Assembly (NCBI RefSeq): GCF_009914755.1
Contig: NC_060937.1
Source of the DNA: the human T2T-CHM13v2.0 reference genome, Homo sapiens
Reading direction: 5' to 3' (one strand)
DNA length: 64,000 bases
Translations under genes and position numbers: made by a program
Notes under the pieces: model-generated
What the model saw: the letters and a program-made list of their open reading frames with translations, nothing else
What the model was told of the DNA's origin: nothing
Databases searched by the model: none
Part shown: piece by piece, positions 55,845-64,000 of the stretch
How positions within the stretch are numbered: the stretch's first letter is position 1
Layout of the letters: each line of letters opens with the position of its first letter

Positions 55845-56860
55845 TTAATTTATTAACTCATTCAATCTTTCAACAGCAACAACAAAAAGGAGCTTCTGCT
55901 AAGTTCTAGGCAGCATTGAAGGAACCTATCTTTCAGTACATAAAGCTGATAGTGTTCTTAAACTCATGGAGAGTACATTCCAAGATGGAAAAGAAAATAA
56001 TATATTTCTACAACTGTGGTTAGTAGTAAGTTCCCTCCGGAAAAATGAAGCAGGGTAAGGAGATGAAGACCGATTAGGAAGACAGGGTTCTTTTATTTTA
56101 GAGAATGAGGAAAGATTACAGTGAGACTAATGACATCAAAGCAAAAATCAGAATGAAATGGAGTATGCTATGCAATGATATGTGGGAAAAGAGATCCAAG
56201 CTGAGGGAATTGCACTTGCAATTGATGAAAGAACATAGTTGGAAAATTGTAAGAACTAGAAGCATGTCAGTGTCACAAGACCAGAGTGAGTCACTAAGGG
56301 TGATGTAAGATGAGGTCAGAGAAATAGAAAAGGGCCAGATCATGTAAGGTTTATGCTGGACGTGGTTAGGAATTTGGATTTTTAGTTTGAATGTGATGGG
56401 AAGTCTTTGGAAGATTTTGCAGATGGAAATGAAATGATCTCCATTTTACTTATTAAAAGTTTATTCTAGCCTGGCATGGTAATTTATGCCTTTAATCCCA
56501 GCAACTTGAAAGGTAAAGGCAGGAGGACTGCTTGAGGCCAGGAGTTCTAGACCAGCCTGGAGAGCATAGCAAAACCCCAGCTGTACAGAAAAATAAAAAG
56601 AAAAATTAGCCGTGTATGGCACACACCTGTCATTCTAGCTATTCAGAGGCTGAGGCAGGAGGATTGCTTGAGCCCAAGAGTCCAAGGCTGCAGTGAGCAA
56701 TGATCACTCACCACTTCACTGAACCTGGGCAACAGAGCAAGATCCTGTCTCTTAAAAAAATTAAAAAGATTATTCAAGCTTTTATACAGAAAACAAACAT
56801 TTGGAGAGTAATAGTAGAAACAGAGGCCACCTAGATGACTATTTTAGTTGCCCAAGTAAG
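55845..56860 (-). mobile_element. L2a 3' region interrupted by Alu
   Basis: tcattcaa end; gggccagatcatgtaagg...gaatttggatttt. Confidence 0.8.
56468..56762 (+). mobile_element. AluJ
   Basis: TSD aaaagtttattctagc / aaaagattattcaagc. Confidence 0.9.
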
Positions 56861-59689
56861 AGGTGTTTCTGCACCAATACAGCCTATCTCCTCTTACCAT
56901 ACATAAATGTCCTCAAGATTCAACTCTGTATCTGCTGAATACACAAATACTAGAGAAAAATGAATTAATATATATAAAATCTATGACTAGTTTTTATTTT
57001 TATAGTTTTCAAGAACTTAGGCCAGCAGTCTAACAAAGGACTACACAATTTTGCCAAAGCTCAGCTATTGACCATTTTTATTCTCAGTGTCACCTAGTAT
57101 AGAAATCTATTAGAAATAACATAAAGCCATTGACAGTTTTTATGATGTTTGCGTGCCCTGTGACTCAATGTACAGGAATCATTACTAGGCTAAAGTCTAA
57201 GAACTCAATATAGATCTTGAAAATCTTACAAAACTGCACCTAAAATCTCCCAGGATAGTCAGAATCCAAATGAAGAATCTCAAGATGAATCAGGTAATAA
57301 TTCCCAAAATGCAAATCAGTGATCCCATTCTCACTTTTCCCCAAGGCTTTGTATTTTTCTTCTACCTCAGTAGCTTGTCCTCATTTTGTTTGTTTGCCTC
57401 ACTTTTCTTATTTAACATGGTAAAACATATAAACATATTTTTATATAATAATGGTATAGTTTTTCTGGCTCCATCTACCTCATTGACAATTTAGTCTGCT
57501 CTATAACTATGGATAGTCAGAGAGTTAATAGACAATGACACCAGTTTGAAATGTGTTCTTTAACATTTAATTGACAAAATTGAAACTACTTTGGAGAAAA
57601 TTAGCTCCTTTACTTATATATGACTTTGTTTTTCAAATAATTCCTTTACATGATTACCAGCGTTAAAATGTAGATTTTATTTGGACTGGGAAACTGTGCA
57701 CACAATGCATGGATATTTCAAAACAATAATATCTTCATAGATTTTGAATTTCCACAACTTAATGCCTTAGGAAAAGAACAAAGGGCTAAACTATGAGAAT
57801 TCAGTATCAATAATGATGTCCTATGGGTCCTTCATAACTCTTATTTTGATAGTTTTTCAACCTAATGATTTTATAGCCAGGCTCCATGGAAAAGACTGTT
57901 GGACTCTAATTTATTCTATTCTTTTTTGGGCAGATGACAGTAGCACATTTTGGGAAATATTTCTTTAAACTATAACTCTTATTTGGCCCAGGTTATGCAG
58001 AGGTGGAAAGATTTTCTACTCAAATAATGTCTGCTTTAGAATACTTGACCTCCAAATGAAAATGTTAATCCTCCAGCTCAGCTGACTTTTAAACCATGTA
58101 TCTGAATTAAGAGTAGATTTGCTGTTTGTAATTCAGTTCCTTTTGGGGGTGACCACCTCAAATTTGCTGCCACTAGTAACATGCAATCAAAAAATAAATA
58201 AAATGTACAGAGGACTCCTGAAATGTCCATATACCACTTTATGTGGTTGAATATTTTTCACTGAACAAAGTCAGAATATCAGCATATTTCTATGACTGTA
58301 TATTTCTATTTATCTTATTAATGCTTTTATATAGCAAGGCCACACTGGAGACACTATAAAAAATATAGTGAAGTTCCTATTTATTGTAGAAACATTTTTA
58401 ATAAAGTCTTATGATAAAATCTCATTCTGAACTCAGATTTAGAAAGATATGTACTTCTAAGCAGTGTCTAGATTTTTATCTTATATTTGGCATGACTCAT
58501 TACTGCTCTTATATTTCTTTTGTCTTATGACATAGAAAACATTGAGGCAACAGTGTCTTGCCATTTGTCAGGCCCACAGATAAGACCACCCAGCATGCAC
58601 TTCAAGCACTTAGCTTGAAACCCTCAGTTTCATTTTGTTTTGCTACTGAGGCGTTTTCAAGGTACTTTTGGCAGCTATCAATAACCTCTGGGAGTTAGAG
58701 GTGAGCAAGGCCTTGGGAAAAAATATCCAGCTGTAGAGCAAAGATTTATTCTCCCTTTCCATAGAGCAGTTACTGTATATGTCCTGTCCTCTTGAATCTG
58801 CTGGGCTATGTGAGCACATTTGGGCCAATGACCTGTAAGCCGAAGTGTGCAACTTTTAAGCCTAAACTCAAATGATTCCCCAACCCTCTTTCTTCTTCTT
58901 AGCACCAATTGTGTATTGAAACTCTGGGTGACATTTGAGAGTGACACATTGAAGATGGCAGGTTTTCCGCCATATTGGCCCCTTCAGTAACAGCGTTGAA
59001 CATAGTATTTCTCTCCACCCTCCCTACTGCCACCAACTGGAATTTACTTGAGCAAATATAAACCACTGAAGTTTTAGAGCAAATGTTTTTCATCAGTTAC
59101 AGGTACCTTAACTAAAACCAAAATTTGCATCTTAAATAAGGATACAATCCTCATTAACCAAATAAGATGAAATTAAGGGTAAGCTAAGTGCTTGAAGTGA
59201 ATGTTTAGTGGTCTTATCTGTATGCCTGATAAATGGCAAGACATTGTTGCCTCAATGCTTTCTGTGTCAAAAAAACAAAAGGAATATAAGAATAGTAATG
59301 AGTCACACCAAATGTAAGATAAAAACATATACATTACTTAGAAGTATATCTCTTTCTAAATTTGAGTTCAGAATGAGATTGTATTCCTATTCCCAAACAC
59401 TGTCTCATGTTATCAACTGGAAAATATTTTGTGAAACTGAATGAGGTAACTTGAGGAGCAGACTATATGTGAGCTAAGTCTATAGATCTGTTAGATTAGA
59501 TTGTAAAACAGAAAGTTAATAATGTTTGTTGATTGTTATTGGTAGCATTTAGCAAAATGTTTGAAAAAGGAATTCACTTGAGGAGATCGGATGGTTTTTC
59601 AAGCCAAACTAAATTAAAAAAAAAAAAATTTAGAGTCTTCCAAAATGGGAAAGTATCATATTAAGTAATTCTCATCTCCAATGGGTAAG

Positions 59690-60530
59690 TAATAAATCAA
59701 ATAATGGTAAGGATGTGGAGCAAGAGGAACTTTTATTCATTGCTGGTGAGAAAGAAAAATGCTATAGCCACTTTGGAAGACAATATGGAAGCTCCTTACA
59801 CAACTAGATGTGCTCATGCCATATGATCCAGCAATTTCACTCCATGGTATTTACTCAAAGGAGTTGAAAACTTATGTTCACACAACAACCTGTACTTAAA
59901 TGTTTATACCATATTTATTCATAATTGTCAAAACCTGGAAGCAGCCAAGATGTCCATTACTAGGTGAATAGATAAATAAACTATGGCACATAAAGAAAAC
60001 AGAATATTTTTCAACAATAAAAAAATGAGCTATAGATTTCTGGGAAGACATGGAGAAAACTTAAATGCATAGTACTCAGTGAAAGAAGTCAATCAGAAAA
60101 GGCTATATACCGTAGTATTCCAAACATATGTCATTCTGGAAAAGTCAAATCTTCTTAGATAGGAAAATAATCAGTAATTGCCAGAATTTAGGTCAGAAGA
60201 GGGAAAGATAGGCAGAGCAGAGAGGATTTTTAGGTCAGTAAACATATTCTTATATAATACTGTAATAACGAATAAATGTTAGTATACATTTGTCCAAACC
60301 CATAATATATACAACACTGGCAGTGAACCCTAATGAAAACTATTGTTTTGGAGTAAAAATGATGTGGCAATGTAGGTTCTATCAATTGGGACAATAGAGG
60401 ACTCTGTTAGGAATATTGATAATGAGGGAGGCTATGTATGTTTGGGGGCAGTGGATATGTGGGAAATCTCTGTAACTTCTCAATTTTACTGTGAACCTGA
60501 AACTTTTCTAAAAAATGAAGTCTATTACAA
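59690..60530 (+). mobile_element. L1MC 3' end
   Basis: ggatgtggagcaagaggaact, tatacatttgtccaaaccca, actgtgaacctgaaact. Confidence 0.85.
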
Positions 60531-60540
60531 CACACATGTA

Positions 60541-60545
<5 letters not shown>

Positions 60546-60590
<45 letters not shown>
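60546..60590. repeat. (CA)n microsatellite
   Basis: Pure CA run. Confidence 0.97.
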
Positions 60591-60593
<3 letters not shown>

Positions 60594-62029
60594 AGATTAA
60601 GTTATAAGTATTAAATGTCTGATCTACAAGGCTCAGTAAGTCTTAGGGCAAAAATTTAAAATGTGGTTTTCCCACCTATTATTTTAGAGAATCACAAAAT
60701 AGCCACCAGTCATATCTCAATAACTGAGATATTGTGGTAGGGAAATAATGGAGTGAATAGCTTTGAGAATTATGCCTCAGAAAGAACCTTCTAAGTTATG
60801 CTGGCTCATGAATTTAATAGAAAGAAAATTGATAAAAATCCTACTAAATGTTTGAAGAAATTATACTATAAAATATATCTTATAAAACCATTTGATTAAT
60901 AATTTTTGAAAGAAATTTTGGCCACCTGTACTTGCAGAAATGGAAGGAGAACTAGAGGGATTTCAGAATTGTTTCCTCTTGAGAACAGAAAGAGAAATAG
61001 ACATTGGAAGGAGAGACTACAAAGACAGATCAGAGGGGCATCTCAGAGCAGAGACATATATCTTTCCACCAGAGACTTTGCTTGCCTTTATGGTATGTAG
61101 TATTGTCCAGCATGGAATATTTTCTGTTCTTGATTCTATGTGGGTTCGAACGTCTATATTCTAATTAATAGAAAATAGACTAAATTGATCTAAGTCTAGC
61201 TGCTGAAAGACTTCTGCACAATGTGTCACACCTCTTCTTTGATGTTGGTATCATGATGGAAACTCCATTGCCCTTGATTACAAATAAAGCTCTGTTGTGT
61301 TTACACACTGGAATTTGCAGGTTTATTTATTATAGCAGTTATCATTACCTTCTATGACGCTGAAACCATAACCTTATTACCAGATGATATCTTATGATAA
61401 AGGTCAATTTTAGACCAAATTCTGCCAATGGTACAATATTTATTAGCAAGAAAGTAGTACATAAGCCACCATATCACTTGTTCCTATAACACATTATTCA
61501 GCATTTTGACAAATACCTTGGATAAAATTTGACTAGAGGCCAACAAAACAATATTCTTGTTGACAAATCAGCCAATACTCTAGTTAAGTCTGCAGAGTTC
61601 TGTGTGAGGTGGGGCAGCACAGAAATGAACAATGCATCAGAGAGAGAGAACTGGCTGCTCCTGCTTTATTCTTATAGCTCAATTATATGTACAAGGCTGT
61701 CTATAAAATGTTTCTATCCAAACATGAATCTTGAACACCACTAATTTCACCAGTGATTTGTGGTATCATAGATGTCATCACTTATGTTAATTTTAGTGCA
61801 AAACAGAATTTAGTCAATATACTTTGCAATTCTGAGGGTGAATATTTCTGATTACAGTAACTATAATGCTAACAATATATACTAATTGTGGATTCATAAT
61901 GAGTATATGTCAAATTCTAGTTATTCTGTAGGATCTATGGTTTTGTGATTAAGATACTTTAATGCTCTTTAAACATCAGAAGAAGTGAAGATTAAATTTA
62001 ACCTACATAAATAAATAATTTATATTGAA

Positions 62030-62740
62030 ATGCTTTAAGGAGATATTTCATTTAACTATATACATAGACAAATGTATGAAGTCATAAATATACAACACAA
62101 AGTGTACACCCCAAACTAATCAGCACACAGAATAAGATAAAGAACATTTTTTGTGTCCCAGAAGTCCCTCTCATGTACACTCCAGCCCCTACTCCCTCAC
62201 TTGAGGATAATGACTATTACAATTTCTAACCTTGTGTACTAGCACTTGTTTTAATCAGTGTGTATATTTTTATGTCTAGTTTTCTTTGCCCAACATTATG
62301 TTTCTAGGATTCATCCATGCAGTTCATGGAGTTATAGGTTGGTCCATTCTCATTGCTGAATAATATTCTATTTTATAAAAATGTGTTGATATTTTTATCT
62401 TCTCTACTATTGATGGACATTTAGGTTTTTTCCATTTTATAATATTACAAATATGCTGTTAAGAACGTTCTAGTATGTGTCTTTATTACTGTTGGCTATA
62501 TAACTAAAGGTAGAAGTGCTGGATAATAAAGCATGAATATGTTTAATTTTAGTGAATATAATCAATAGTTTCCAAATTGGTTATACCAGTTCACACTCCT
62601 ACTACCAGTATCTGAAAAAAAATTGCCGCCCCTTATCAATAAAAAAATTGGCATTGTCTCAATTTCTAATGAACTACATGATGGTCGCATATTTTCTTTC
62701 AATTAGCATTTGCATGATGACTAAAAGCTGAACACTTGTC
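62030..62740 (-). mobile_element. L1ME 3' region
   Basis: ttgatggacatttaggtt, ggttataccagttcacactcc. Confidence 0.75.
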
Positions 62741-62744
62741 AGCT

Positions 62745-64000
62745 GTTTTATGACTAGCATTATTATTAAAAAACTAATAAATCTATCAAATTTCAATCAG
62801 CTTTGACCACACAAGATAAAATTTTCATAAACCTTTCCATACTCTTTCTCCAACTTTCTGTATTCACTTAGTTTTATCTGTCACTCCCTTTTTATTTTTT
62901 TAATTTAAAAACTTTAAACTAGATAAAATTACTTTTCCTTTAACAGAAAAATTTTATGCCTGCCTTATAATATTTTGTACCAAAAACACAACGTATTTTC
63001 CATACACATTTCAAACACAGAAATGTTTCTCTTATATTTAGAAGTTTTAACTGTATATATTACTTACAGTGTTAACTCTTAGTAACCTTAATTTTCAGTG
63101 CAAAACATAGGAAGGAAGTAATTTTAAGTGTTATGTATTAGATGCATAGCCCAGGAAGGACAGAGCTTTGAAGGCAATGCCTGGAAAATCTGACCCGTTC
63201 CCGCATTGCCAAGAGGCACAGCTGGGCCAGGGAGGAGGATGGGGCTAAGGCAGTGTAGACACACGTATATCCTCAGGCCTTACCATGGCTACTTGACTAG
63301 ACTTTAGACTCTGAAGGCTCGAGACCAAAGACATAAGTTCATAGACAAATCAAGCAAGTATCACCAATTCACAGAAGCAAGTTTTATAACCTTAAAACGT
63401 CTAGCAGAGATAGTATAAATTTGTCTAACTAGTAGACCCAAGCAAAATTTCTCCAATTCTGAAAATATTTTTATTTTGTTTCACCAACAATTTTAACACT
63501 CATTTTATTTACCAAAGACTACTAAACTCACATGAACTTGCAAAACATTTAGGCTTACTTACTTAACTTATGAGTGACTATTTATTTGTAAGGCAATTTT
63601 ATACTATGTAGACAATATACAAATACAGATATGTAGACAGGTATACATAAAAATAGAGACGGATACAAATATCTTATAGCTTTGATTTTAAAATTTTAGC
63701 TGTAAAATAGGGAAAGCTCACTAGCTTAAAAGGACATTTGTATTAAATTGTGCCTCTGTAAATATAGTAAGTTTATCTGTCCTACATGACTGAAGCACTT
63801 AACGAGTTTTGGAGAAAATAGTGTAGCAAATTTACATCTCAAAGAGAAGGGAGAATTTAAGCTTTTTCAAGAAGGAGTTTAGGTTTGTTAGAGGAAGACT
63901 AAGAATAATTGCCAAAGTAATACAAATCATAAGAATTCACCACAGGTTTGTATAAGGAGATCAGTTTCATTTGGATAGGTAGCTTCTCATTTTGGCTCTT
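62745..64000 (-). mobile_element. ERV1 MER4-group internal (AT-rich) sequence, runs off the window
   Basis: cagctttgaccacacaagataaaatt, aaaactttaaactaga, gcaaatttacatctcaaa. Confidence 0.5.

Larger units (their letters stand above)
58780..61360 (+). mobile_element. Old MLT1 MaLR: LTR, internal and LTR remnants, interrupted by L1MC
   Basis: LTR-like ends (aaaccactgaagtttt ~59065; cactggaatttgcaggtttatttattatagcag ~61310) around MaLR-internal-like sequence. Confidence 0.45.

Overview
AT-rich primate (human-like) genomic DNA, largely interspersed repeats, with no host protein-coding gene I can support. Where the long ORFs are recognisable, they are L1, ERV, Alu or simple-repeat translations. 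Main structures: (1) 1-16.6 kb, a five-layer nest: old L1M > ERV1-type LTR > antisense L1MA > TSD-flanked L1PA. In that L1PA, ORF1 and the ORF2 N-terminus are replaced by an antisense HERV-K(HML-3)/MER9 fragment, which is the most unusual object in the window. (2) 27.3-33.4 kb, a deleted HERV-H/F-group provirus on the minus strand, invaded by LTR12 and LTR30 solo LTRs and ending in a complex breakpoint. (3) 45.1-52.3 kb, an end-to-end ancient L1M with TSDs, carrying an Alu that carries an LTR1-family solo LTR. (4) Many Alus, MaLRs, L2/MIR, Tigger elements and microsatellites, plus a 111-bp tandem duplication, a tight inverted Alu pair and a probable truncated U2 snRNA retrocopy. Subfamily names are from memory of consensus sequences and need RepeatMasker/Dfam confirmation.
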